Of a stretch of DNA of 42,305 bases, positions 26,601 to 36,462 are shown piece after piece (positions within the stretch are counted from its first letter, which is position 1; each line of letters begins with the position of its first letter). Origin of the DNA: Catajapyx aquilonaris. Its lineage: Eukaryota. The DNA lies in NCBI GenBank assembly GCA_000934665.2, contig KZ538898.1, forward strand, positions 1-42,305, written 5' to 3'. The position numbers and the translations under genes were made by a program. The notes beneath the pieces are model-generated. The model ran no database searches and was not told where the DNA came from. It saw only the letters and a list, made by a program, of their open reading frames with translations.

Positions 26601-28531
26601 CAAATATTTAAAGCATTGCATTATTCGTGGACGACTCTCTTCAACGCAGGGCAGTGGATTCAGAAAGAGTTTCTGCCTAGCACATCAGGGCAGTACCAGT
26701 AATAACTGACTTATTATTCATTCCCTAGCCGCAGGGAAGTGCCATCGTAAACTTGTCTTCACATTTTTGACAAAGTGGAAAATACTCCGTCCATACTTCA
26801 CGAAACCTGAGAATTGCAAGTCAGATGTTTTACAGTATACTCACTTTTTGTAACGAAGATTATACGAGACGGTCATTCCTGAAAGATGAAGGAGGCCTTC
26901 AAACTTGCTGCTTTGTCTTGAGTTGATACCTGCGTTAACAACAATGTTATCTGTTCCAATGTTACTAACGGTTCCAGAGGGTTAGTGGTCCGGAAACGCA
27001 TTGCCAATCAGTAAAATATTAAGCTACCCTCACTGTTTAACAGAACTGTTGTAGTAAATCCGTCCACTGAGATATTACAACCAAGGGATGTCCCTGCAGC
27101 ACAATATTTCTTTTTTCCCTTAGTATAGTGACGTAAACAAAAAAAAACTATTCGTATCATGTCGTATCCATCCATGTTACTCTAGTCAAATATTTGAGTG
27201 GAAGGATCAGGCAAAAGGGAGAGCTTCGTCGTTTGTTAGTTCCAGAGTGGTTAAGTCACCGGTGATGATTTAACTGTTAAAAAGAGTAATTTTGCAATGT
27301 TATTCTGTATACTTTCTGAAAAGGGAAGAGAGTGGAATAAATTTTAAGACGCACTCTCAACTTCCATTATTACAAACCCGTTACAACTTTCATGTGGCAT
27401 TACTTGAGAGGAGAACTACTGTTCTCCACAATATGATATTGAGTGAATGTGCATGAATCATTACTATTGGTTTTCCATATTGTATTGTTCTATTTCAAGG
27501 GTTGCGCAGTTATTTATTTTATGAAATATTACTTTTCGCGAACCATACACAACTGTGAAAACTAAGCAATTGCCAACATCACCGTAAAAATCCTCATATG
27601 ATCCTAACACTTTCTGTGGCCAAATTAAGTTGGGGGTAAAAAAAAAAAAAAGGTAACAAAAAGAGATTTTCAAATTAATATTTCTGTTCCATACAGTCTG
27701 CTGCTTTAGTAATACAAAGTTAATTTTTCTTGCTTCCTGAATTGTACAGCTATGAAAATCACCAGAGCTTTCATACACACATTTCAATTTCCTAATACGC
27801 ACAATGCAGGAAGCAAGAAAAATTCACCCTTGTTGCTTTTTGAAACGATTCAGTGGCAATCAAAATCAGGGGGTGGATTCATCAAATGCCGCAAGTCAAA
27901 TTTTCGCCGTAACCAGTCGTAACCATAGTTAGTTAATTTTTAGTAATTACGGTTACGACGAAAATTTGACTTGCGACATTTGATGAATCCACCCCCAGAG
28001 CTGCATGTTAATTTTGGGACTTGGTCAAACTCTTTCTAGAGATCCGCAGATGCCTCCTACACCCAGTTATCTGGCAACCCAAATGCAAGGGAGATTATAG
28101 GACGACACATCACCAGTGGAGTACGTACCATTAGCGGAAGGAATAAGGCTAATGGAGAAGGTACACCTAGCAAAGGCCGTAACGCTAATGGAGGAAGTAC
28201 CCCTAGTAATGGACAGGTCACTAGGAGCATCCCTAGCAATGGACGCATTACTAATGGAGGGAGTATCCCTAGCAATGGACAGATCACTAGAGGAGGAAGT
28301 ATCCCTAGCAGTGGACGCATTACTAATGGACGAAGCACTCCTAGCAACGGACACATTACTAATGGAGGGCACACCATTAGAAAAGGTCATAACTCTAACG
28401 AAGGAAGTACTACATCCCTATCGCTCCCTGTTATTGGGAAAAAAATGGAAGTGGTAATGGACAGTGGACAAATTGCCGATGGGAGTGCAGGTGGTGCAGG
28501 AAGTTTCTTCGGTGATGAGGATTTTTGGTAG
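2611..28531 (+). CDS. TOGARAM1: TOG array regulator of axonemal microtubules (crescerin/FAM179/CHE-12 family), about 1850 aa as modelled
   Basis: Phase-consistent exon chain: 2611-2686, 2742-2875, 3348-3596, 4471-4575, 5080-5499, 5851-6336, 8714-9022, 9211-9788, 11897-11999, 15170-15227, 15322-15641, 15957-16059, 17846-18081, 18421-18624, 20106-20266, 21785-22172, 24801-25152, 25310-25602, 25661-26134, 28040-28531. HEAT/TOG motifs include DDWRIR..LLDDPHLKVV, IFALLTFPSYEFDL, SKRRIRQAVLEC, SSDWE..NLRSQVTRAS and KTGDTNRFIREDA. AATAAA at 28582. The linker exons between 12 and 20 kb are less certain. Confidence 0.85.
3621..3795. repeat. Intronic tandem repeat with 30-bp period built from 10-bp TCGG.. 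subunits
   Basis: About five copies of TCGGGGACGATCGGAAATGTTCGGG(C/G)CATC immediately after the donor at 3597. Confidence 0.9.
4368..4436 (+). other. Degenerate tRNA-like Pol III promoter (SINE head or tRNA relic)
   Basis: A-box-like TGGCCTCAGTTG at 4371 and B-box GGTTCGATCC at 4417, at tRNA-like spacing. No convincing cloverleaf. Confidence 0.4.
7400..7620. mobile_element. Possible DINE-1/Helentron-like non-autonomous element fragment
   Basis: Short (TGTC)n microsatellite at about 7478-7492 in a context resembling arthropod DINE-1-like repeats. Resemblance only. Confidence 0.3.
11207..11330. repeat. Two abutting perfect palindromes (44 bp and 82 bp)
   Basis: 11207-11250 and 11249-11330 are each their own reverse complement with no spacer. 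Confidence 0.95.
14566..14990. repeat. Degenerate tandem repeat with an 80-105 bp unit
   Basis: About 4.5 copies of GTTCGTTCACGCTTTCGCTGGACGTTTCTCGC..GTGAGCGTGAGCG..TTGGTCCGTGGATTCAA. Confidence 0.85.
16422..16716. mobile_element. Foldback MITE with long (~120 bp) inverted arms
   Basis: Left arm ..TTTTACGGGCACAC..CGCCTCCCTGACGTTAT..TTTCACGTCAA pairs with right arm TTGACGTGAAAT..ATAACGTCAGGGAGGCG..GTGTGCCCGTAAAA. Each arm has an internal ~31-bp duplication. Confidence 0.75.
16721..16832. repeat. Two abutting short hairpins
   Basis: 16721-16777 (ACAAGATGAAGTGAATGGAAAA / TTTTCCATTCACTTCATCTTGT) and 16778-16832 (TATTAATATTGAAGGTCACTG / CAGTGACCTTCAATATTAATA). Confidence 0.85.
17470..17770. repeat. 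33-bp perfect inverted repeat enclosing an assembly gap (N 17503-17566) and a poly-G run
   Basis: 17470-17502 is the reverse complement of 17738-17770. Confidence 0.8.
18120..18342. mobile_element. hAT-family MITE with 8-bp target site duplication
   Basis: Imperfect TIRs CAGAGCGGGCAAGCTAAC / GTTAGCTGTGCCCACCTCTG; TSD TATATAGT at 18112-18119 and 18343-18350; internal GCTAAC/GTTAGC repeats. Confidence 0.85.
21571..21746. mobile_element. Foldback MITE with TA ends
   Basis: Arms ..GGAAGGAGTAAGGTAGC..TCAAATTAG.CTCCAAGTGAGG.GTGTC and GACACCCCTCACTTGGAGTCTAATTTGAGC..GCTACCTTACTCCTTTCC. Confidence 0.7.
22195..22820. repeat. AT-rich minisatellite with a ~19-23 bp unit and TATCGATAT core
   Basis: More than 25 copies of (G)TATCGATATT with variable spacers, beginning about 20 nt after the donor at 22173. 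Confidence 0.92.
23700..23840. mobile_element. PIF/Harbinger-like MITE, copy 1
   Basis: TIR GGGGTGGATTCAT..ATGAATCCACCCC, flanked by CCG/CTG. Same family as 27870-27995. Confidence 0.75.
27870..27995. mobile_element. PIF/Harbinger-like MITE, copy 2
   Basis: TIR GGGGTGGATTCATCAAATG / CATTTGATGAATCCACCCC with a perfect 3-bp TSD CAG. Internal GTCGTAACCATAGTTAGTTAATT is shared with copy 1. Confidence 0.8.
28148..28370 (+). repeat. Coding 36-bp (12-aa) repeat in the terminal TOGARAM exon
   Basis: About six units of the form (T/I)PSNG(Q/R/H)IT(N/R)GGS in the frame that is open from 28040 to 28531. Confidence 0.8.
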
Positions 28532-29365
28532 CAACCACATTTTTAGGGTGCTCAAATCATTTTACAATAGCAAAAATTTTTAATAAAGACTTATAATGTG
28601 AGATGTCTTGGTGAACCTGTAGGTTTCAGGTGAGGCAGCCATCATTACATTGCATGAAATGCGTACATTTTAATTTTGGTATCACAGGGCATTTCAGTTA
28701 AGCAAAAATTATAGGCCTGAACATGTCAGTTTATCATTGCGACGTGCAAGTGAATTTTAGCACCCACACCAAGTGTTTCTTTTTTTTGACCGTTGTCCAG
28801 TGAAGACGGGTCAAAATATCCCGTGGCCCACTTTGGCCATTAGAGCCATGATCAAATTGTTCTCGGCAAGTAACAGTTTGCAATTTGCAGCAGCCTCAAA
28901 CCCCACTTTGCTACATGGCAAGTGAATACTAATCACACGTTGCAAGTCTTGAAATGCTAATTACAGGCCGCAGTTTTCAAAACATTATTCAGGGAAAATT
29001 TACAGTAGCAGTCAAGTAAACGATGCAGACTGTAATATGTATGGGGAATGTGAAGCGTCCTGTGACCACATAAAACAACTATGAATCTGTACAAAAATAG
29101 CCAACTTGTCTGTAGGCAAATTCCGCTCAAAAATGTTCATGTAAAGTTCAACAATAACAATAATTTGTGTGGTCTCTCCGCTAAATTCCTAATCTTGTTT
29201 ATCATGCTGCACTGCTGTCGGAGGAAACAGAACAAAACCCACAAAAACAACTGCGAAAACTAATCGAAATTGTTACCACTTGAGATAGTTCTCTATGCAA
29301 TCTCAAACTTTGGAGGCGGAAGGCTCTGGTGATAACCACAGCACCACAGTGATACCTGTAAAAGT

Positions 29366-31011
29366 TCAACAAAGGTGTCCAGATTCCTTGGTCCGCAAGT
29401 GGACTTCCTTCATACTCTGAGGGTTCAACTGTCCTAAAGAATATCCACCTCCAAATGACTGTCCGCAGTCCCATCGCTCATCATGAATACGAGTGTGTGT
29501 AAAAGGAGACAACCACACGCCAAGGGACACGTCTTCCCCTTGAAAACACTGTAAATGTTCTGCATTTTTGGCTAACTGAGAGGTCAATTCAGAATCCAGC
29601 AAATACGCCGACCCACTTGCAAAAGGAGGGTAGGTTAACGAGGTGAAATGCCTCTCACGCCATTTACCCATTCGCTGGACGGCCCAGTTGAGACGAAAAC
29701 TTCCCCACCACATTTTGGACTGGTCCCAATGAATATGAGACAGTATGCTGGGGATCCAAAGGTACGTGTCATCATCAGCCTTTAATATAAAGCGTGGTGT
29801 ATTTGGCGTGGATGTGGCTGCCCTGAAAAGAAATTATCAGCATAAACAGACTGTTAGTCTTACACGCGTATCAAGGCAATATTAAATCATGCACAACTGC
29901 ACCATTGAAAAAACTTGATCAGCTTTAAGGGAAGGTTCCGGTACACATCCACCGCAGGTACTATGAGGAGATCGGAGTTGTCATCTGCCTCCCTCTGAAG
30001 GCGAGAGTCAATCTCCGTTTCAGCTGATGTCCACTTTATTTGCCGACTTGGTCTGCCAGCCAAGAAGGATCGCAATGCATCCAAATCTGTCGAAACAGTG
30101 TGTGAGTACACAAACTAAATTATCACAATTAACCAACCATACCAGCAAGTTTAAATGTGAAGCCGACTGGAACGCACGTATCCCGAGGCACTTTAAATGC
30201 ACCACCTTTGTCCACGACTAGAGGATAACTTATAAGCCCTGTTGTATCCGGTGGCCAAGAAAAACATCTGGAAGGATCCTCGCTGCCTTCTAGAACCACC
30301 ATCCCTTCAAATCCCTTTGGCAACATTATGTCTTTTCTATCCTTCTGGCCAGGTGAATATTCAGCCACCAGTTCACCCGAGCTCATCGCCATCTTCGCTG
30401 AGACGTTATAATGCAGCAGTGCATCGTGAATCACAAGTTTAGTCAGCACAACCGGATGGTGCACATAGAAAGTGAAACCCCACGCTGGTTCCAACATCTC
30501 CGTTCCAGGCGACGGTGCAAATTCACGGCTCTCAGACACATCTGCCCAAAAATCAAACCAATAACAACAACGCTCCTGAGAGTGAACGCCGCGACGTTAC
30601 CTTCAGGCAGCGTCACATTCCACCAACTGCACTCATACACTTCAGTCCTATCTTCAGGCGGAACACAACACGACTCTCCAACGACAAACACGCCCTTCAA
30701 GCGGACATCATACTTGACAAACCCCCACCACGTATCGCGTATGGACTCCCTCGCCTCGAAGTGATCTCGCGCTGACAGGACACCAACCAGGAGATGCATC
30801 GCTGGAAATGGAAACACCATAACGACTAGTGAGGCGACAATTACAGACAATTACAGAGCTTGTTAAATATATGTGCAGTATGTTTAAGTACATGCCAAAT
30901 ATTCATACAACAAGTGGTCATACATGTGTCGTGGTACCCCAACCGACTGGCCAGCATTGCAGAGGCGACCAGGAAGGCAACCAGTCCGATTTCACCGGCC
31001 GTCAACTTCAT
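29366..31011 (-). CDS. B3GALNT2: UDP-GalNAc:beta-1,3-N-acetylgalactosaminyltransferase 2 (GT31)
   Basis: Exons 31011-30924, 30801-30601, 30541-30143, 30086-29903, 29822-29366, phase-consistent. N-terminal anchor plus motifs VGVLSAR..R..IR.TW, CCVPPEDR...Y.C, LPKGFEG, DVYRNLPLKL, KADDD, WWGSFR.NWAV.R.GKW, YPPFASGS, QGEDVSLGVWL. Confidence 0.92.
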
Positions 31012-31074
31012 CCAGTCGCTGTCGGTCCAAATAATTAGGAAAATTATTGTTCATAATTATTTTTGTCATCTGAA

Positions 31075-31086
31075 GGCAGCCATCTT
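31075..31086 (-). promoter_or_regulatory. YY1/Pho-like AAGATGGCTGCC motif near the putative B3GALNT2 transcription start
   Basis: Minus-strand sequence reads TAAGATGGCTGCC about 70 nt upstream of the ATG. This motif is typical of housekeeping TSS regions. Confidence 0.4.
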
Positions 31087-31229
31087 AGATTTTTTGTTTA
31101 AAAAAAATCGGGCCGGAAAAAGCACAGCGGCTACCCGGCTGATCGGTGAATAGCTATTAGATTATACGGTACTGTAATGGCGCAACCCAGTGCGCAGCAT
31201 AGTTCGCGCATCGTGCAGGGTTGGAATTA

Positions 31230-33086
31230 TCAATGATTGTGAAGTGTGAAGGGAACGATTGTTTGCCGGTACCGGTACACCATTTCCAGCAAAATGGAGG
31301 CTACGGACACTATCAGTCCGACGCACCAGAAGAAGAATGGGGCGTGCAGGTCCTTGATTGTGTACACATGGAGCGTTGATGATGTCACCTTTGCGGTACC
31401 ACCGATTGTTTCGGAAGTCATAACGTGGTATCGCAAGTTCTCGTTGGTTTTCCACTTTTTAAACAGTCCTGATTCGAAAGTACGGGTCAAACTACGTGTG
31501 AGTCTGTCCGAGTATGGTTCGCCCTTTCCGAACACAGGTCCTCCGTACGCGTGAAGGAAACTGTCTGTGCTGAAAGACAACGAATGTTCCCACTCTCCTT
31601 GCCCAACATGGTATTTCTCCAGGACAGAAACACCGTCAACAAGCACACAAACAAAATCATACTTGTTACACTTCTCTAAGCATGCTCTACGTGTACCCAC
31701 ATCTTTCATATTGCCCTTCATCTCCGTGTATAACCGAGCACTTGCACTTTTTAGCAGAAAATCTGCGATGTTCTTCTCAGGGTTGGATGTCCCCCATGCG
31801 AATTTGGAGTTGACCAGTTCGGACACTGTTGTAGGTATGGGTTCAGTTGGTGGGCTTGTGAATATGGCGACCAGTTTGGTCTTGTAGGTGCAGCATATGA
31901 TCAGTGCGAATACAGAGAAGGATGCGAAAAACATGCGAAATTCGTCTGATGTTGGTGTGAATATGGGCTGTTCTATTAGTATGCGAAATAATAGATTGAA
32001 CGATCTGCTTATAGTGATTCGCTCCTTTCGTGCTAAAAGAACGTATATAAATAGAGCAGATATAATCAGTGTGAAAACAAGCGCAATCCACATTGTCCAA
32101 GTGTATGGAAACACCAGTACTTGCCATGTCCTGACAATTCGCGGATTACGTGTGGCGAAAAACGAATTGATATAAAACACAGGGTATGAATAATCCAGAC
32201 AGTTCACTAAATATTCGTCAAACAAAGTGTAATAAAGAAAGTTGATTTCCCTGTTCTTAAAGTGTCCCACAGCCATATTCGCAATACGGTTATTTTTGCA
32301 CAGATTTTCGTACTTGTCTTCGTTAAACAACACGACATTCACAGTAGCATTGAGCACTGCCTCGTACAGCAAGGCTACATTTTGTAGAAAGTTCAAGTCA
32401 GTAGAGAGTGTTACAGCTCTTGCTTGAGTCACATTCAAAGGCACGTAGAAACCGACTGTGAGTCTCTTACCATATAGACTTATTGAAGTGTCTGGATAAA
32501 AAATTGTCTCATTGTTGTGTGCTGCACTTAGGCTTAAAAGTGAGGGTTCACCCAAGGTGCAATAGAGACACACTGTTGATAGTGTCAGCCCGTTTGGTCC
32601 ATAAGATGCTGATAGTTTGAACTTTATGCCATCAAATGGTGGCTGGATGAGCGAATTTTGTAAGGTTTCGTTGGACAGGAACAAGAACTTGTCCCGTACA
32701 GTCTGTATCCGGACTAAAGATGCGATTTGGACGAATAGATCGCGAATATTGCGGCCACAGGACGCGATGACATAAAACACACATGATGTGTATGGTCTGA
32801 AACTAGGGTCTAACACTGCTTGCATTGTGTTAAATGAGTAGTCAGCCAGTGTGTAATTGCTCGTTTTGTTGATTGTTGTGGTCACTAATGTCACGTACTT
32901 GTTGTTCAGTTCAGAAAATGGGAGTTGCAATGTTCCGTCCCAGGCTATGACTTGGGTACATCCAGAAGCTTCTGTCCGATGCACTCTGTCCATAAACGAT
33001 GACACTATCTTATCCGGACGAATAGGTCTGAGTACAATGCTGTGACAATGTGCAGAAAGTAACGAACACATCAGTATGATCCACAT
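31230..33086 (-). CDS. Divergent ionotropic receptor (IR, variant iGluR chemoreceptor), single exon, 618 aa
   Basis: Signal peptide; DYSYP (S1); M1 PYTWTMWIALVFTL; M3 ending CTYKTKLVAIFTSP (equivalent of SYTANLAAFLT); S2 end FESGLFKKW; M4 preceded by IKDLHAPFFFWCVG. No introns. Confidence 0.88.
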   Translation of the reverse strand: MWIILMCSLLSAHCHSIVLRPIRPDKIVSSFMDRVHRTEASGCTQVIAWDGTLQLPFSELNNKYVTLVTTTINKTSNYTLADYSFNTMQAVLDPSFRPYTSCVFYVIASCGRNIRDLFVQIASLVRIQTVRDKFLFLSNETLQNSLIQPPFDGIKFKLSASYGPNGLTLSTVCLYCTLGEPSLLSLSAAHNNETIFYPDTSISLYGKRLTVGFYVPLNVTQARAVTLSTDLNFLQNVALLYEAVLNATVNVVLFNEDKYENLCKNNRIANMAVGHFKNREINFLYYTLFDEYLVNCLDYSYPVFYINSFFATRNPRIVRTWQVLVFPYTWTMWIALVFTLIISALFIYVLLARKERITISRSFNLLFRILIEQPIFTPTSDEFRMFFASFSVFALIICCTYKTKLVAIFTSPPTEPIPTTVSELVNSKFAWGTSNPEKNIADFLLKSASARLYTEMKGNMKDVGTRRACLEKCNKYDFVCVLVDGVSVLEKYHVGQGEWEHSLSFSTDSFLHAYGGPVFGKGEPYSDRLTRSLTRTFESGLFKKWKTNENLRYHVMTSETIGGTAKVTSSTLHVYTIKDLHAPFFFWCVGLIVSVASILLEMVYRYRQTIVPFTLHNH

Positions 33087-33719
33087 CGTCAGAAAATTTT
33101 CCGTGACTGCCCCAATTTTCCTTTACAAAGAATGTGGCCTGGCAATCACTAGAAATAATTAATAGAATGCACCATAGTCTGGCTGATAGTAGGAAAATAT
33201 TCGTCACGCCCCGTCTTTTCACGACGACACTATACGGGTGTGAAATATGGCATGTTTTGTTACGAATGTTCTTTTCTGAAGGTAGACTCTGACTTAGTCG
33301 ATTGTGACCTTCGGAACAATATTACATTTTGTGACTTACAAATTGACTTGCACGAACTTGCCCAGCAGACACCTCGTTACTGCAATGTGATCAGTCATTC
33401 TACGTGAAAGGCATATGTCGTGTAAATAAGCGATCATGATCTTTCTGGCTTTGTTTTGATAAGGCTATTGAGCCATCATGTGTATACCAAAATGTACACA
33501 ACAGAGGTGTTGCGGAAGAAATACTGTTGTCCACTTATGATGTTGACCGCTCGCCAATATTAGGGTTACACCACAATCAATGGGCCACATGCCCAAGGGA
33601 ATTTCACACATTAGGCAACAATGTTTGATAAGTTATGTAACCTACATGTGTACCATATGTATCAGAATTTTCAATGATGCACAACTGTAATAATATTCAG
33701 ACAAATTCATTCCCTTTTA

Positions 33720-34281
33720 TTAATCTGAATCCGATGAATCATGACCTGCATCATGATCTGCACCAATCTCTACCACATCATCGGGTTTCACTTCAGGGAT
33801 GTCAATATTGGGGTTGTAGACAATCTGTCCATGACGACTAACGATTGCAACTGTGAAACTCGTTCTGCTGACCCCCATGAACCTGCAAATGAATATAATT
33901 CTCCATAGCACACATTTTCAGTCAGATTTCCCATTCTCTGTTAACACATTACCTGCCGGACACCCTCCCAGGATCAATCCAGATGGTGAAATCAAGTGGT
34001 AGCCCAAGGTCCTTATAGGCAATCCCACACTCATTAGCTACCTTCTCAATCATGGAGTACTTAGGAAAGTACCTGCTGCTGAAAATGCACCTGTAACCCA
34101 GGCCCCTATCAGGGGTCTGGGGGTACCAGTGACCAGTGTACTTCTCCAGAAGCTTCTCCTTCATGAGTTGCTTAAACTTGTCTCTCACGACAGCGCCGCC
34201 TTCTTCCTCACCACGAAAACAACCATTCTTGACGATCATACGATATAAGAATTCAACCCCAGCGGTTACCTCTGCCTTCAT
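33720..34281 (-). CDS. BTG/Tob (APRO) family protein, BTG3/BTG4-like
   Basis: Exons 34281-33953 and 33882-33720. MKAEV...V.FL start, Box A KYTGHWYPQTPDRGLGYRCI, Box B LGLPLDFTIWIDPGRV. An in-frame upstream extension to 34347 is possible. Confidence 0.9.
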
Positions 34282-35001
34282 AGCCGGAGGTTCAGGTGGG
34301 TCAATGAGGACATAGTATGTGGTTGTTAAGGTGGGTGTCCTCAACATACTAGGAAATTAAACATACTCCATTGTAAATGAATTTGTGCCTACTACAAATG
34401 GTAAACCTAATTCATGCAATAAAGTACCTTAGATATGCTCAGAGCAACGCAGAGCGACGTTATCAATCTGCAGCAATGTGTGACCAAGTTGATGCCAACA
34501 GCAAACTGTCCAAAAACCAAAGAGGTAAAAGCGCCAAGCACGCCACCAGCGACGGTAAAAGCGCCAACCGACTCTGCAGCGGCCGTTGGGTGGAATTAGA
34601 CTTTCCCGCCATCCAATCAACCAAAGGCGGTTACGGTGATTATTTTTTTTAAATTAAACCTTGAAAGGAAGATGATGGTGATGTCATAAGATTGCATCTC
34701 TTGTTCTTATTAGCACAACCATGGTTATTCCCCTTCTCCATAACAGTTGAAACGAAACTGGATTTCTCTGAAAACATAATTTTTTTCAATCATTTATTTT
34801 GAACACACAAAAAAAGCGAGTAAAATCCCCGAGTTGGAGATGACTGTTTTTTTCGTTCAACTTTACATTGCCATATTGATGCAATGATTTGCATCAAGGC
34901 CCTGCTGAAGTGTGAGAAATAGCCACTATTTTAGCGAGACACGTTTACAAAATGTACTGCAATATAGAACAGCTCAATGTCAAAGTATACTCGGGGGTAG
35001 T

Positions 35002-36462
35002 TCATCCCTTTCTGTCCACAATTTTAGTGAGTAAGAATCTGCACAGATCCTGAATCTTTGGGTTCGTCATGTCTGAAATATCCTGGAGTATGGACATCCT
35101 GGAAGAGTCCTGGAACTCCCTGTAGATATCTGGGAGATGGAGGTCAGTGTAGAGGCTCTTCACTCGGGACACGTGCTGGGGGTCATCGGATCCGTAGCAT
35201 TCCTGCCATGTGAGAGACAAACACAGGGAGTGACTTTCTCGTGTCATATGTGTCCAGAAGTCATTTAGGGGAAGAAGTGTTGTGCCTGTACCTCTAGGAC
35301 CGTCCTTTGGTCGTGGTCCGCGTGCATGAGGGCAGTGACCACCAGCCAGGAGCACTTTCCCTCCTGGATGTCCGTCCCCACCTTCCCCATGACCTCTGGG
35401 TCACCGTAGCAGTCCAAGTAGTCGTCCTGGACTTGGAAGAGGTGCCCAATCTTCAAAAGGACATCCTCCACCTCGGAGTGACTTTCCTTATCAGACATGC
35501 CGGCCTGTGACGACAACAACCAAAATGATATAGGATGGGATAGGACACTATATAAGATGCTATACCATACACCCAACAGGTACCGGGAGGTAGAGGGTGG
35601 TACCCCATTGTTGGCTCGGATGACTCACCATGATCATGGCTAGTCTGGCTGGACCATAGAAGCAATAGTTCGAGGTCTTGTACTTGACTATTGTTGCGTA
35701 TCTCTCTTCAGTGAAGAGGTTGAGCTGGGGCTTGCTACCAGACGAGGTCAGGAGATCCAAGCAATGGCCCTTCTCAGTCTTGAACATTATCTGAGACAAT
35801 AGAGCATGTGAACCAACACTTCTAGAATACATCCGTCCAATCAGACGCTTCCATTAAATCATCATACCTCGTTCAAGAAATTTCGGCATTCCCTATAATA
35901 TGGCTGGTCTCGGTGGTACATCCTGAGGATGTGGAACGCCGACCTTTCCAAGAGCAAAGCGTCGTTGAATGCCTTTGGTCCCAACCCGTTGGTCAGATGC
36001 CAGCATGGACGGCCTCTTCTGGTCGTGGAATTGTCCATTACGTCATGGCCTATCAAACACGCTGTTTGAAACTGTATATGGAAGGAGAAAAATAAATTAA
36101 TAAAATCCATTGTTTGATATACCACGTTCTAGTTCGCTCTTCTCACCAGCTCGATGCTCCAGCCCATGATGTGGATCAATTTGGTGGTTTTGTCTGTGAC
36201 GCTTTGCTCCTCTGCCAGAATGGAAAACATTTTGGCCATCATCCTTCCACGGGTCGGTTGCCTTCCAAGATGGTTGTATTTTAACACCTGCAAAGACAAC
36301 AGTGAGATAGTGCATACATCAGTAAACTGGAGTCCTTACCTTTTTGATCCAGGTGTCTACCTCACTCAATCCTTTCTCGTTCTTCCCTGAGGAGGTCAAG
36401 GCCTGGATGACCTCAGAGGTCAGAGCCAGAAAGGCGTCCTGGTCGCAGTCCTTAGCTCCCAT
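35002..36462 (-). CDS. Farnesyl diphosphate synthase-like paralogue A (divergent active site), 347 aa
   Basis: Six phase-0 exons: 36462-36340, 36287-36147, 36071-35868, 35790-35629, 35504-35292, 35202-35002. [30 protein letters not shown] and KT are intact. The FARM reads HDVMD. Confidence 0.88.

Noticed and set aside
28116..28457. 113-aa ORF MEYVPLAE and antisense ORFs
   Set aside because: These are alternative frames of the coding repeat. The frame from 28040 is longer and has a splice acceptor in matching phase.
33010..33222. Upstream ORF as an extra IR N-terminus
   Set aside because: It is in a different frame, and the 618-aa ORF already starts with a signal peptide.
35002..36462. FPPS copy A as a simple pseudogene
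   Set aside because: There are no stops, frameshifts or splice defects across six exons despite substantial divergence. This is not fully excluded without expression data.
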